NCBI RefSeq assembly: GCF_000011465.1 | Contig: NC_005072.1 | Location: 60,001 to 92,000 of the forward strand | Reading direction: 5' to 3' | DNA from: Prochlorococcus marinus subsp. pastoris str. CCMP1986 | GTDB lineage: Bacteria; Cyanobacteriota; Cyanobacteriia; PCC-6307; Cyanobiaceae | Length of the DNA: 32,000 bases | Shown here: piece after piece, positions 8,803 to 19,218 of the stretch | Position numbering within the stretch: the first letter of the stretch is position 1 | How the letters are laid out: every line of letters starts with the position of its first letter | Position numbers and translations under genes: made by a program | Notes under the pieces: model-generated | What the model saw: only the letters and a program-made list of their open reading frames with translations | What the model was told of the DNA's origin: nothing | Database searches by the model: none

Positions 8803-9036
8803 TTAAAATATCCCAGCCCAATTTAGAAATGATTTTTGACTTATTAATTCAATTAAAATAATTGCTAAAAAACCGAGCATTGCAAATCTTCCATTTGTTA
8901 TTTCTGAATAATTGCTCCATCCAAACTCATATCTATCTTCAATTTCAATTGATTGTTCCTCAATTTTAATTTCTTCAGAATTTGTTTTTTCTAGTTCCAT
9001 AGCTTCCTGATTATTTTGTTCTTGATTTGAAGTCAT
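8803..9036 (-). CDS. hli: High-light-inducible protein (one-helix CAB/ELIP/HLIP family)
   Basis: 77 aa with the HLIP chlorophyll-binding helix EITNGRFAMLGFLAIILIELI. Its stop codon directly abuts the ycf66 stop codon. Confidence 0.9.
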   Translation of the reverse strand: MTSNQEQNNQEAMELEKTNSEEIKIEEQSIEIEDRYEFGWSNYSEITNGRFAMLGFLAIILIELISQKSFLNWAGIF

Positions 9037-9045
9037 GATTGTAAT

Positions 9046-11028
9046 CTAATTTTTAAAATTATACTTATCTGTAGTAAATAATTTCCAGCCCCCTTGTCCA
9101 TTTAATTCTAAAATGTTCTCATGAAAATCTTTTAAACTAGGCCTGTGTCCCACGCTTATCAAGGATAATTCTCTATCCCTTAGTAAATTATATAGTCTTT
9201 TTTCAGTTTTAATATCGAGTGCACTAGTAGCTTCATCTAACACAGCAAATCTCGGAGAATTAAGTAGTAATCTTGCAAAGGCTAATCTTTGCTGTTCTCC
9301 TAATGAAAGTATTCTTGGCCAATCTTGTTTGACGTCAAGGTTGGGATATCTATCAACAATAGAATTTAAATTTACTTCATTAAGAACAGAAATTAAGTGG
9401 TCATCACTAAATTTGTCAACTTCTGTTGGATAACATAATTGTTCCCTTAAAGAACCCAATAGCATATAGGGTTTTTGAGGTATAAATAGCAAATCACCTG
9501 TCTTTGGTTTTTTAATCGATCCTTGATTGGGTTCCCATAATCCGCTGATCATCCTTAACAAAGAGGTTTTGCCACACCCAGATGGGCCTACTACTAATAA
9601 TGATTGATTTGTTTCAATACTCAGATTTAAGTTTTTGATAATAGCTTTATCAGACCCAGGTGGAAAAAGGTCGGCATTGTTAATAAGAATAGAAGAATAA
9701 TCAGAAATTATATTTTGATTGTCTATTGGCTTGGTTTGACTGATACTTTCAACTTTTGACTGAAAACCCTCTAATCTTCCAATTCCTGCTGTGAACTTTG
9801 CAAGTTCCTCTATTTGATTAACTATAAAAAATAAAGAACCTTCTACCATACCAAATGCAAAGCTTGCTTGAATAAATCGACCATAATCAATATCTCCTCT
9901 AAAGTAAGGAATTGCCATTATTAGATATGGAAAGAAGTTTCCAGCATAATTAATAGAACGTCTCATTACATCAATAATTACTCTCCAAATTATTAGTAAG
10001 TTAAAGTTTCTTACCACTTCTCCTAATCTTCTCTCTGTTTCACTTTTTTCTGGTTTTTCACCCGAATAAAAAGCTATTGATTCAGCATTATCTCTAATAT
10101 GAACTAATCCATATCTAAAGTCTGCCTCATATCTAAGTTGATCGAAATCAATTTTTACAAGATTTTTTCCAGCAATTAATAAGATAGCAGTAGCAAATGC
10201 TGCGTATCCAAATAATGAAAAGGTTAATGTTGTACTAATGCTCCATAATATTAGAATGTTCAGAGAAAAAGTAAGAAGTGCATCAAAAACTCCCAAAGTA
10301 AAGGATAAACTTTGACCAGTAAAAGCTCTGGTATCATCTGTTATTCGTTGGTCAGGATTATCTACATCTGTTTGTTCTTCATCATTAGGATTTAGTTGGT
10401 AGTATGCTTTATTAGTCATGTAGTCTTTAACTAAGCTTTTTGAAAGCCAATCTCTCCAAATTATTCCTAATTTATAAGTAAAGAATATTTGAGAAACCCG
10501 AATTGGAAGCGCTACAGCAAAGCAACAAGCATAGATTCCTAAAATTCTATAAAATCCATCTTGTTGTTTCTCTACTAAAGCATTGGTTAAGTCTCTAGCA
10601 ATAAATCCTATTCCTGCATTAATTCCATTTACTGCCAAAAGCATTAATACTATGACTGCTAGGAATAACCAATGTACCCATCTGCGATTCTTAAGTTGAC
10701 GCCTTAAACTAAAAAAACTTCCTGAACCGATAAGAAATAATCCTGAAAACAATAATCCCCACCAGCCAGACCATATTGTATTAACAGTATTAACTACTCC
10801 TCCAAAGTATTTATCAAGAAAAATAGGTTGAATGCTTTCAAAAAAACTAATTATGCCTGTAAGAGCTACAAGAACAATACCTCCTACACAAAATAAGAGA
10901 GATATTAAAAGCCATATAAATTGAAAGCCATTACATTGATCAATTGGTAAGAAAAATGGTTGGGCTAATCTTCTTAACTTTTGTAGTTGATAAAATATTT
11001 TAGATTTATTTTGCACTACATTATTCAT
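9046..11028 (-). CDS. Fused permease/ATPase ABC half-transporter (ABCD / SbmA-BacA-like membrane domain); substrate unknown
   Basis: 660 aa. N-terminal multi-TM domain, Walker A GPSGCGKTSLLR, signature LSLGEQQRLAFARLL, Walker B FAVLDEATSALD. Confidence 0.85.
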   Translation of the reverse strand: MNNVVQNKSKIFYQLQKLRRLAQPFFLPIDQCNGFQFIWLLISLLFCVGGIVLVALTGIISFFESIQPIFLDKYFGGVVNTVNTIWSGWWGLLFSGLFLIGSGSFFSLRRQLKNRRWVHWLFLAVIVLMLLAVNGINAGIGFIARDLTNALVEKQQDGFYRILGIYACCFAVALPIRVSQIFFTYKLGIIWRDWLSKSLVKDYMTNKAYYQLNPNDEEQTDVDNPDQRITDDTRAFTGQSLSFTLGVFDALLTFSLNILILWSISTTLTFSLFGYAAFATAILLIAGKNLVKIDFDQLRYEADFRYGLVHIRDNAESIAFYSGEKPEKSETERRLGEVVRNFNLLIIWRVIIDVMRRSINYAGNFFPYLIMAIPYFRGDIDYGRFIQASFAFGMVEGSLFFIVNQIEELAKFTAGIGRLEGFQSKVESISQTKPIDNQNIISDYSSILINNADLFPPGSDKAIIKNLNLSIETNQSLLVVGPSGCGKTSLLRMISGLWEPNQGSIKKPKTGDLLFIPQKPYMLLGSLREQLCYPTEVDKFSDDHLISVLNEVNLNSIVDRYPNLDVKQDWPRILSLGEQQRLAFARLLLNSPRFAVLDEATSALDIKTEKRLYNLLRDRELSLISVGHRPSLKDFHENILELNGQGGWKLFTTDKYNFKN

Positions 11029-11065
11029 ATTTTTTCTATATCTTTATAGTAAGTAAATTATATCT

Positions 11066-11353
11066 CTATGAAGATGATTGCCCAAAACCTATTAGTGAAA
11101 GTGCCCAATCTGGAAGGTTGAGGTATGATAATAATTTTAAATCAAATTCATGGACTTTAATAATCAATATATCCATAAGCCACCATATTAGAAAAGGTAA
11201 ATTAAATAAAATTTGTAATTGCCATTTGTAAGTTAATACTTTCCAAATTTTAGTTAAAACTAACTTCTGAGATTCATCTAAACTCTCCCAATTTGTAGCA
11301 ATTAGATCTAGTAAATTTTTAGATTTATTATTGAGAGATTCTGGAGAATTCAT
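11066..11353 (-). CDS. Hypothetical small membrane protein
   Basis: 95-aa ORF on the same strand as its neighbours, fitted between the HIT gene and the ABC transporter (47 and 37 nt gaps). It has a Trp-rich hydrophobic segment (LQILFNLPFLIWWLMDILII). I recognise no family. Confidence 0.45.
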   Translation of the reverse strand: MNSPESLNNKSKNLLDLIATNWESLDESQKLVLTKIWKVLTYKWQLQILFNLPFLIWWLMDILIIKVHEFDLKLLSYLNLPDWALSLIGFGQSSS

Positions 11354-11400
11354 GTTTAATTTTTCTTATTTATAGCTAAAAAGAAACTCTTTTGAGAGTT

Positions 11401-11742
11401 TTAGCCAGGAGGCCAACTCATTTTTCTACCAGCTAAGAAATGTATATGTAAATGAAATACTGTTTGTCCAGATTCTTCACCAGTATTAATAACAGTTCTC
11501 CAATTTTTTAATTGCTTAGATTTGGCAATATTTTTTCCTATTAAAAGAAGATGTCCTAATAAATCTCTATCTTCCTCCAAACACTCGCATAAACTGACTA
11601 ATGGTTTTTTAGGAATTACTAAAAAGTGAACTGGAGCTTGAGAGGCAATATCATTAAATGCTAAACAAAGCTCATCTTCATGAAGCTTTTCGCAGGGAAT
11701 CTCACCATTTATTATTTTGCTAAAGATTGTAGTTTCAGCCAT
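11401..11742 (-). CDS. HIT (histidine triad) family nucleotide hydrolase
   Basis: 113 aa. TIFSKIINGEIP N-terminus and the histidine triad HLHIHFLAG. Confidence 0.9.
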   Translation of the reverse strand: MAETTIFSKIINGEIPCEKLHEDELCLAFNDIASQAPVHFLVIPKKPLVSLCECLEEDRDLLGHLLLIGKNIAKSKQLKNWRTVINTGEESGQTVFHLHIHFLAGRKMSWPPG

Positions 11743-11762
11743 TGCTTTATTAAATAATTAAA

Positions 11763-12368
11763 TCATTTGATTGGTATTACATCTTTTTGATGAAATCCTT
11801 CTTTGATGAGTTCTTTATTCAAATCTTCTTTTGAAGTAACTCTATCAACAAATAAAACTCCATTGAGATGATCCATTTCATGTTGAATGCATCTTGCTAA
11901 GAGTCCATCAGCTTTCATTTTTCTTGGCCTGCCCATTTCATCTCTAAATCTTAATTTAATTGTTGATGGTCTTACGACGTTTAAATAAACTCCTGGGATA
12001 CTTAGACAACCCTCTTCATATGAATTTAAAGTTGTTCCATAATCAGTAATTTCTGGATTTATTAAAATTAATGGTTCAGCAGCAGCATCTTCAAAATTTA
12101 CATCAATTACAAGTAGCTCTTTCTTGATTCCTATTTGCGGAGCGGCAAGTCCAATCCCTTTGGCTGCATACATACTTTGAAGCATGTCTTTAGCTAAATT
12201 TCTTATGGAATTATCAACTTTACTTATTCTTTTAGCATTTTCTCTCAATACATCATCACCAAGTTTATATATTTCTAGTGATGGAGTTCCTGTTTGTTCT
12301 TTAGATACCTTTTCTATAGGACTATTTGTTTTTGACTTTCTTGCAAGTTGTGAAAAATTGTTTGCCAC
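11763..12368 (-). CDS. def: Peptide deformylase
   Basis: All three deformylase motifs are present: GIGLAAPQIG, EGCLSIPG and QHEMDHLNG. Confidence 0.95.
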   Translation of the reverse strand: MANNFSQLARKSKTNSPIEKVSKEQTGTPSLEIYKLGDDVLRENAKRISKVDNSIRNLAKDMLQSMYAAKGIGLAAPQIGIKKELLVIDVNFEDAAAEPLILINPEITDYGTTLNSYEEGCLSIPGVYLNVVRPSTIKLRFRDEMGRPRKMKADGLLARCIQHEMDHLNGVLFVDRVTSKEDLNKELIKEGFHQKDVIPIK

Positions 12369-12447
12369 GGTAAAAAAAATTATTTACTCAACAGTTAAGC
12401 TATAAAAATATTAGCACTTTAAATACATCTTGAAATAAACTTTTTAA

Positions 12448-14376
12448 ATGAATAATGCTAAGAATTTAAAAATTAAGCAAATCGATAAAAAAAATATATC
12501 TTTTAAAGAGTTATCTCTAATTAAGAATATAATTTTCTGGGTAGATATTATTCCTGGAGATCAAACACAAAAAAATGCTATTTTTGCTAGGCCATTTCAT
12601 GATAAAAATGCAATTCCACAAAAATTAACGGGCGATAATTTTTATATTAAAAGCAATTTTCATGGTTATGGGGGCAAATCATATCAATGTATAGAGGTGA
12701 ATGATCATATTTATTTGATATGGGTTGATCAGCTTTCAAAAGCAATGTGGTTAAAAATTTTCAAAGTCCAAGAAAAAGTACTTAAAAATGATAATCAATA
12801 TCTGCTATGCGATGTGGAACCAAGACAACTTACTGAGTCAATAAAAACGAATTTTGATACTTCATTTGTTATTTCTAAAAACAACCTTTTATTCGGTTTA
12901 TGTGAGATAAAACATAGAGATTATTTATTCTCATTAAATTTAAAGAAAACTAAACAAGATATTCGCATAATAAAAAAATTTGATAATTTTGCGGGGAATT
13001 TATCTTCTAATATTTCAGCTGATTTATTTTCCTGGATAGAGTGGAATGCTGGCTCCATGCCTTGGGAAAGAAATGAGCTATTTTTTGCAATGATTGATAA
13101 TGATGGAGAGATACAAAACATAAAAAATTTTTCTAATAAATTTGTTAATGAAGAGAAAAATGTTTCTTTCTTTCAACCTTACTGGATGAGTGATACTACT
13201 TTAGTCTGTTCTGAAGATAGTACAGGCTGGTGGAATTTATTATTTCTCGATTTAACTGATATTAAAAATATTATTCTAAAAAAAAGAATAATTAAACCTT
13301 TGACTGAGTATGGATCGCCTCAGTGGGTTTCTGGAATTTCATTTTTTTCCGGAAATATTAAAAATCTATTTTGTGTTGCAAAAAAAGATAATAGTTGGGT
13401 ACTAGAGCATTATCAGAATTGTGAATGTATTAAAGAACTTAAATTACCATTTTGTTCAATAGGTGATTTAGATGTTTGTGATCAAAAATTAGTTATTAGA
13501 GGTTGTAGTTTTGGTTGTTTCGAAGAATTATTCGAGTGTGATTTTGGAGAGAAAAGCCATACTAAATTATTAAATGAGATATCCCTTGAGTCTATAAACG
13601 AATATTCAAGACCAGAATCTTTTTGGTTTAAAGGTTTTAATAATCAACCCACACATTCTTTTATTTATAAGCCTCTATTTGAAAGATTTATTAAGTCACC
13701 ATTAATCGTTAAGGCACATAGTGGCCCTACTGCTTGCTTTGACGGGTCTTTAAATTCCGAAGTGCAGCATTGGACTTCGAAAGGATTTACAGTTGCGGAA
13801 GTGAATTATGGTGGTTCCTCGGGTTTTGGAAGAGAGTACAGGGAGAGATTAAATTATAAATGGGGTATTCTTGATTCATACGACTGTAAAGCATTGGTAC
13901 TTGATTTAATTAGGTTAAATCTAGTTGATAGAACCAAAGTCGCAATTTTAGGCAATAGTGCTGGTGGTTTAACTGCAATTAATGCTCTATGTGAAGGTGA
14001 TTTGTTTAAAGTGGCGATTTGTAAATATCCTGTTCTGGATTTAAACGATATGCATCAACACACTCATAGATTTGAAAAAGGTTATTTAAATTCTCTCATA
14101 GGTAGATATTCAAAATTTCATAATGAGTATAAACTTCGATCACCAATTTATAAAATTAATCATTTAAAAAAACCAGTTTTATTATTTCATGGAAAAAAAG
14201 ATTTAGTTATTTCATGCAAAAAAACCCTACAAATCAAAGAAAAACTTCTTAAAAATAATAAAAATTCAGAAGTCATAATTTTTGAAAATGAAGGGCATGG
14301 TTTTAAAAACACAAATAATAAAAAACAAGTTCTTATTAAAACTCAGGAGTTTTTAGAGAAAACTCTTAATATTTAA
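12448..14376 (+). CDS. S9 family serine peptidase (prolyl oligopeptidase / dipeptidyl aminopeptidase-like)
   Basis: 642 aa. N-terminal propeller-like region and a C-terminal alpha/beta hydrolase domain with nucleophile elbow GNSAGG, Asp in GKKDLV and His in EGHGF. Confidence 0.85.
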   Translation: MNNAKNLKIKQIDKKNISFKELSLIKNIIFWVDIIPGDQTQKNAIFARPFHDKNAIPQKLTGDNFYIKSNFHGYGGKSYQCIEVNDHIYLIWVDQLSKAMWLKIFKVQEKVLKNDNQYLLCDVEPRQLTESIKTNFDTSFVISKNNLLFGLCEIKHRDYLFSLNLKKTKQDIRIIKKFDNFAGNLSSNISADLFSWIEWNAGSMPWERNELFFAMIDNDGEIQNIKNFSNKFVNEEKNVSFFQPYWMSDTTLVCSEDSTGWWNLLFLDLTDIKNIILKKRIIKPLTEYGSPQWVSGISFFSGNIKNLFCVAKKDNSWVLEHYQNCECIKELKLPFCSIGDLDVCDQKLVIRGCSFGCFEELFECDFGEKSHTKLLNEISLESINEYSRPESFWFKGFNNQPTHSFIYKPLFERFIKSPLIVKAHSGPTACFDGSLNSEVQHWTSKGFTVAEVNYGGSSGFGREYRERLNYKWGILDSYDCKALVLDLIRLNLVDRTKVAILGNSAGGLTAINALCEGDLFKVAICKYPVLDLNDMHQHTHRFEKGYLNSLIGRYSKFHNEYKLRSPIYKINHLKKPVLLFHGKKDLVISCKKTLQIKEKLLKNNKNSEVIIFENEGHGFKNTNNKKQVLIKTQEFLEKTLNI

Positions 14377-15650
14377 GAATTTAGTTTTAAAAAACTAATA
14401 GTTTCCTTAAGTTTTTCGATAAAAGTATTTATATCTTCTTTGGTAGTTGTGAAATTCATACTAATTCTAGCTGTTGAATTTATTCCGATATGTCTATGCA
14501 GAGGTTGACAACAGTGATGTCCACTTCTGATACAAATACCTTTAGAATCAAGAATTTCAGCGATATCGTTTGAATGTATTTCTTTAACATAAAATGTTGC
14601 CAATGCAGCTCTGTTTGGATCTATTTTCGGAGAAGGACCTATTATTTCAAGATCCTCTATTTGCTTTAATTTTTTAAATAAATATTTTGTAATCTCCTTT
14701 TCATATTCACTGATTCGATCTAACCCAATATTGTTAATGTAATTAATCGCTGCAGCTAATCCTATTGCTTCAGCAATAGCTGGAGTACCAGCTTCAAATT
14801 TATGAGGGAGTTCAGCCCAAGTACTTTTCTCTTCAAAAACATCTTGAATCATTTCACCACCTCCAAAAAAAGGAGGAATTTTTTCTAAAATTTCTTTTCT
14901 GGACCATAAGAAACCTATGCCTGTTGGGCCACATAATTTATGTCCTGAACCGGCTAAAAAATCTATACCTAGTTCATTAATATCTAACTTTTGATGGGCT
15001 AAACTTTGACAAGCATCAAGCAGAACTAAAGAACCCTTATCCCTAGCTAATTTAGTTATTTCTTTTATTGGATTACAGCACCCTAAAGTGTTGCTTATAT
15101 GTAATAAGCTTACTAGTTTTGTTTTCGTTGTTAATTTTGACTTGAAATCATTTATATCTAATCTTCCGTCTTGATCTATGCCCACAAATTTCAGTTTACA
15201 TTTGTTTTTTGCAGCTACCATTTGCCAAGGAACAATATTACTATGATGCTCCATTATTGATAGAAGAATTTCATCATTCTCTTTTAAAGTAAATTCTCCC
15301 CATGATCTGGCAACCAGATTTATAGCTTCAGTTGCATTTCTTGTAAAAATTATTTCTTTTGTTGAATAAGCATTAACATATTTTGCAATTAAAGATCTTG
15401 AATTCTCAAATTCTTCAGTTGCTTTTGCACTTAATTGATGAGCTCCTCTATGAACGTTTGCGTTGAAATTCTTATAGTATTCATCAATTTTTTCAAGAAC
15501 TTGGATTGGTTTTTGGGTTGTTGCAGCGTGATCTAGATAAATAATTGTATTTTTGTTTTTGAAATTATTTTCTAATAAAGGAAAGTCTTTTTTATCTATT
15601 AGAGGAAAGTTTTTTTTACAAATTTTCGGGAAATTTTTAATTGTTTCCAT
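14373..15650 (-). CDS. sufS: Cysteine desulfurase SufS (class II aminotransferase V)
   Basis: HHSNIVPWQ, PLP-lysine motif SGHKLCGPTGIG and active-site Cys loop RSGHHCCQP. Last gene of sufBCDS. Its ATG overlaps the sufD stop (TAATG). Confidence 0.95.
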   Translation of the reverse strand: METIKNFPKICKKNFPLIDKKDFPLLENNFKNKNTIIYLDHAATTQKPIQVLEKIDEYYKNFNANVHRGAHQLSAKATEEFENSRSLIAKYVNAYSTKEIIFTRNATEAINLVARSWGEFTLKENDEILLSIMEHHSNIVPWQMVAAKNKCKLKFVGIDQDGRLDINDFKSKLTTKTKLVSLLHISNTLGCCNPIKEITKLARDKGSLVLLDACQSLAHQKLDINELGIDFLAGSGHKLCGPTGIGFLWSRKEILEKIPPFFGGGEMIQDVFEEKSTWAELPHKFEAGTPAIAEAIGLAAAINYINNIGLDRISEYEKEITKYLFKKLKQIEDLEIIGPSPKIDPNRAALATFYVKEIHSNDIAEILDSKGICIRSGHHCCQPLHRHIGINSTARISMNFTTTKEDINTFIEKLKETISFLKLNS

Positions 15651-16867
15651 TAATTTTCTTTTAAAATTTTATCAAGCAAATCCCATCTATCTTTTGAAAT
15701 AGGAATACTTGAAATAACTTCTTGTATATAAGAACTTAATTGTAGTTTACTCGCTTCTGCTAACGTGAGTCCTCTTGATCTCATATAGAAAAGTTCTTCT
15801 TCATTTAATTGTGAAATAGTTGCACCGTGTTTGCATTTTACATCGTCAGCAATTATTTCTAATTGAGGTTTAGTATCTATTTTTGCATGTCTCGATAAAA
15901 GTAGATTCCTGCTTAATTGTGACGCATCGGTCTTTTGCGCAATTTTTGGAACAATTATGGAGCCTTCAAAGACTGCATGTGATTTATCATCTGCCAAGGA
16001 TTTATTAATTTGATCTAAAAATCCATTAGGACCGTTAAATTGCATTTTTGTATAAGTAGCTATTTGGTCATTATTTTTTGTTATTTGTATTCCTTTTAAA
16101 TTTGTTTTGGCATTTCCCTCTAATTGATTAATACGGATTTCAAATCTTGCATAATCAAATTTGAAATGTAGTGATCCTAGGCTGTACTCACTGTTGGTCT
16201 TTTGAATTACATTTAAAGAATTTAATAAATTAGATTTGCTTTCTCCATAGGAAACTAAACCATGATTAACCGAAGTATTTTCTTCTAGACATAAATAAGT
16301 TGATTGAGATAGTGAAGAATTTTTGTTTCCAAGATTAATTTGTATTAAATCAACCTTAGAATTCTTTTCAAAGAATAAAATAAGTGTTTTAGCATTAAAA
16401 GAGTCGGGTGACGAAGCACTAAATATCTCAAGAGGAGGAATTTTATTACCAGAAATATTTAAACCTAAGATGTTTGCTTTAGAACTTAAAGAATGATTTA
16501 GTAAGTCACTCCAATGATCATTTTGATCAGAATTAGATATATTTTTTTTTATATAGTCTACAATTTCGATCTCTTTTAATTCTTTTATTGAATAGTTTTC
16601 TTTTTCTAAATTGATTGAGTTATTCTCTCCGATGATCAGTCTAATTATATTTTGAGAGGCTTTTTTATATGGGAGATTAACTTTAGATTCTTTATTTTTA
16701 TTTGAATGATCTAAAAATCTTGAAAATTTGGATTTATTGGAAAGTCTCCAGTATTCACTTTTGATATTTGGTAATGGATTTAATTTTAATTTATCAAGAC
16801 AAATTTTTTGTATCTCAGATGGATTACTAATTAATTCATTATTTTTGATTTCATCAATAATTTGCAT
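15650..16867 (-). CDS. sufD: Fe-S cluster assembly protein SufD
   Basis: 405 aa located between sufC and sufS. C-terminal SufB/D signature KCKHGATISQLNEEELFYMRSRGL. Confidence 0.9.
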   Translation of the reverse strand: MQIIDEIKNNELISNPSEIQKICLDKLKLNPLPNIKSEYWRLSNKSKFSRFLDHSNKNKESKVNLPYKKASQNIIRLIIGENNSINLEKENYSIKELKEIEIVDYIKKNISNSDQNDHWSDLLNHSLSSKANILGLNISGNKIPPLEIFSASSPDSFNAKTLILFFEKNSKVDLIQINLGNKNSSLSQSTYLCLEENTSVNHGLVSYGESKSNLLNSLNVIQKTNSEYSLGSLHFKFDYARFEIRINQLEGNAKTNLKGIQITKNNDQIATYTKMQFNGPNGFLDQINKSLADDKSHAVFEGSIIVPKIAQKTDASQLSRNLLLSRHAKIDTKPQLEIIADDVKCKHGATISQLNEEELFYMRSRGLTLAEASKLQLSSYIQEVISSIPISKDRWDLLDKILKEN

Positions 16868-16871
16868 TGAT

Positions 16872-17660
16872 TTATTGCTCTTTTATAAAATTATCAGTCC
16901 ATTCATATCCATGTTTCTCAAGTTCTAGGGCAAGATCACTTTCTCCAGTTTTTATTATTTGTCCGTCTGACATTACATGAACATAGTCAGGTTGTATTTC
17001 ATCTAATAACCTTTGATAGTGAGTGATTAATATAATTCCGGTTTCTTCATTAGATATCTTTTTAATACCTGAAGCAACTATTCTAAGTGCATCAATATCT
17101 AAACCTGAGTCGGTTTCATCCAAAATTGCAATTTTTGGTTCTAATAATGCCATTTGTAATATTTCATTCCTTTTCTTTTCCCCACCTGAAAACCCTTGAT
17201 TAATACTCCTCGATAAAAAGGCAGAATCCATTTTGACTAAGTCAAGTTTTTCTTTTACTAAGTCTTCAAAATCAAAAGTATCTAGTTCTTCTTTGTTAAG
17301 AAATTTTCTTCTTGCATTTGTCGCAACTCTAAGAAATTCTAGATTGCTTACTCCAGGAATTTCGATGGGATATTGAAAACCAAGAAAAATACCAGATTGA
17401 GCTCTCTCTTCTGGTTCTAAAGACTGAATATCATTTCCTGTAAATTTTATTTCGCCTTTAGTAATTTTGTATGATGGATGACCCGCAATAATCTTGGATA
17501 GAGTACTTTTCCCACATCCATTTCTTCCCATGATTGCGTGAATTTCGCCAGGATTAACTGAAATGGTTACCCCTTTTAAAATAGGAAGATTTTCGATAGA
17601 TGCAAAAAGATTATTTACTTCTAATATTGGATCTAATTCTTTCGTTTTGCTTTGCATCAC
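16872..17660 (-). CDS. sufC: Fe-S cluster assembly ATPase SufC
   Basis: Walker [11 protein letters not shown], signature [13 protein letters not shown], Walker [13 protein letters not shown]. Confidence 0.97.
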   Translation of the reverse strand: MMQSKTKELDPILEVNNLFASIENLPILKGVTISVNPGEIHAIMGRNGCGKSTLSKIIAGHPSYKITKGEIKFTGNDIQSLEPEERAQSGIFLGFQYPIEIPGVSNLEFLRVATNARRKFLNKEELDTFDFEDLVKEKLDLVKMDSAFLSRSINQGFSGGEKKRNEILQMALLEPKIAILDETDSGLDIDALRIVASGIKKISNEETGIILITHYQRLLDEIQPDYVHVMSDGQIIKTGESDLALELEKHGYEWTDNFIKEQ

Positions 17661-17678
17661 ACTTTAGAAATTAATTGA

Positions 17679-19121
17679 TTATCCAACCGAACCTTCTAAT
17701 TTGAGGGCAAGCAGCTTATCGGCTTCAGCCGCAAATTCCAATGGCAGTTGATTGAAAACATCTCTACAAAAGCCACTTACCATCATTGATACAGCCTCTT
17801 CAAATTCAATACCTCTACTTTGTAAATAAAAAAGTTGATCTTCAGAAATTCTACATGTACTTGCTTCATGCTCAATTTCTGAATTTGGTTGTTGAGAGTG
17901 AATATAAGGAAATGTATTCGCAGCAGCTTGATCGCCTATTAACATTGAATCACATTGACTATAATTTCTTGATCCAGAAGCTTTTGAACCCATTTTTACA
18001 AGACCTCTGTAACTATTAATTGAATTGCCAGCACTAATTCCTTTACTAACTATTGTTGATTTAGTTCTAGGACCGATGTGAATCATTTTTGTACCTGTAT
18101 CGGCTTGTTGAAGGTTATTAGTGAGAGCTACAGAATAAAATTCTCCTACCGATTCCTCTCCTAAAAGTATACAGCTAGGATATTTCCATGTTATGGCAGA
18201 GCCTGTTTCTACTTGAGACCAGCTTATTTTACTTCTCTTACCTAAACATTTCCCCCTTTTGGTGACAAAATTAAAGATTCCTCCAACTCCTTCTTCATTC
18301 CCAGCATACCAATTTTGTACTGTTGAATATTTAATTGAGGCGTCGTCTAAGGCAATAAGTTCAACTACCGCTGCGTGCAGAGTATTCGTATCAAACATTG
18401 GAGCTGTACATCCTTCAAGGTAACTGACGGAGCTAGATTCTTCTGCGATAATTAAAGTTCTTTCAAACTGACCAGAGTCTCCACTGTTGATTCTAAAATA
18501 TGATGAGAGATCCATCGGGCATTTAACTCCTTTTGGGATGTAAACGAATGAACCATCACTAAAAACAGCTGAGTTTAATGCAGCAAAATAGTTATCATTA
18601 GCTGGTACAACAGAACCTAAATATTTTTCTATTAAATTTGAGTGATCTTTTACTGCTTCACTTATAGAACAAAATATTACACCATGCTCAGCAAGTTCTT
18701 TTCGGAAGGTTGTTGCAATAGATACACTATCGAATACTGCATCAACAGCAACGTTTGTAAGTTTTTTTTGTTCAGTAAGAGGAATTCCTAATTTATCAAA
18801 AGTTTCTAGGAGTTTGGGATCAACTTCATCTAAGCTAGAAATCTTTTCTTTTTGTTTAGGTGCAGAATAATAAATTATATCTTGATAATCAATCTTTTTG
18901 TAACCTAGGTCTGCCCAGTTAGGCTCCTCCATTCTTTGCCATTTCCGAAAGGCATTAAGTCTGAAATTAAGAAGATATTTTGGCTCTTCTTTTTTTTCTG
19001 AAATTAATCGAATCGTATCTTCATTTAGGCCTTTGGAAATCTTTTCAGTTTCGATATCAGTAACGAAACCATATTTGTATGGTTCAGATACGACATCTTT
19101 AACTAAATTTTCACTTACCAT
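17679..19121 (-). CDS. sufB: Fe-S cluster assembly scaffold protein SufB
   Basis: 480 aa highly conserved SufB (for example [20 protein letters not shown] and [21 protein letters not shown]). First gene of the sufBCDS operon. Confidence 0.97.
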   Translation of the reverse strand: MVSENLVKDVVSEPYKYGFVTDIETEKISKGLNEDTIRLISEKKEEPKYLLNFRLNAFRKWQRMEEPNWADLGYKKIDYQDIIYYSAPKQKEKISSLDEVDPKLLETFDKLGIPLTEQKKLTNVAVDAVFDSVSIATTFRKELAEHGVIFCSISEAVKDHSNLIEKYLGSVVPANDNYFAALNSAVFSDGSFVYIPKGVKCPMDLSSYFRINSGDSGQFERTLIIAEESSSVSYLEGCTAPMFDTNTLHAAVVELIALDDASIKYSTVQNWYAGNEEGVGGIFNFVTKRGKCLGKRSKISWSQVETGSAITWKYPSCILLGEESVGEFYSVALTNNLQQADTGTKMIHIGPRTKSTIVSKGISAGNSINSYRGLVKMGSKASGSRNYSQCDSMLIGDQAAANTFPYIHSQQPNSEIEHEASTCRISEDQLFYLQSRGIEFEEAVSMMVSGFCRDVFNQLPLEFAAEADKLLALKLEGSVG

Positions 19122-19218
19122 AGTTTCTATAAATTAGTCTATTACAATTAGTTTTCTATACTTTAGCTAAATATATGCCCAATATTGAGTTTTTATCTTT
19201 AATTAAATTAAAAAATTA

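Noticed and set aside
9037-9080. Possible HLR1-like (TTACAA-type) high-light regulatory repeat upstream of hli.
   Set aside because: Only one good half-site (ATTACAAT) is present, and it lies immediately before the ATG, inside the 5' UTR. The second 8-mer at the required 2-nt spacing is absent.
16542-16550. Homopolymer runs of 8-9 T or A inside coding genes (T9 in sufD here; similar runs in sufB, cysH and elsewhere) as possible slippage or phase-variation sites.
   Set aside because: They correspond to Lys/Phe-rich codons that are ubiquitous in this AT-rich genome. They occur in essential housekeeping genes with intact frames, so phase variation is implausible.
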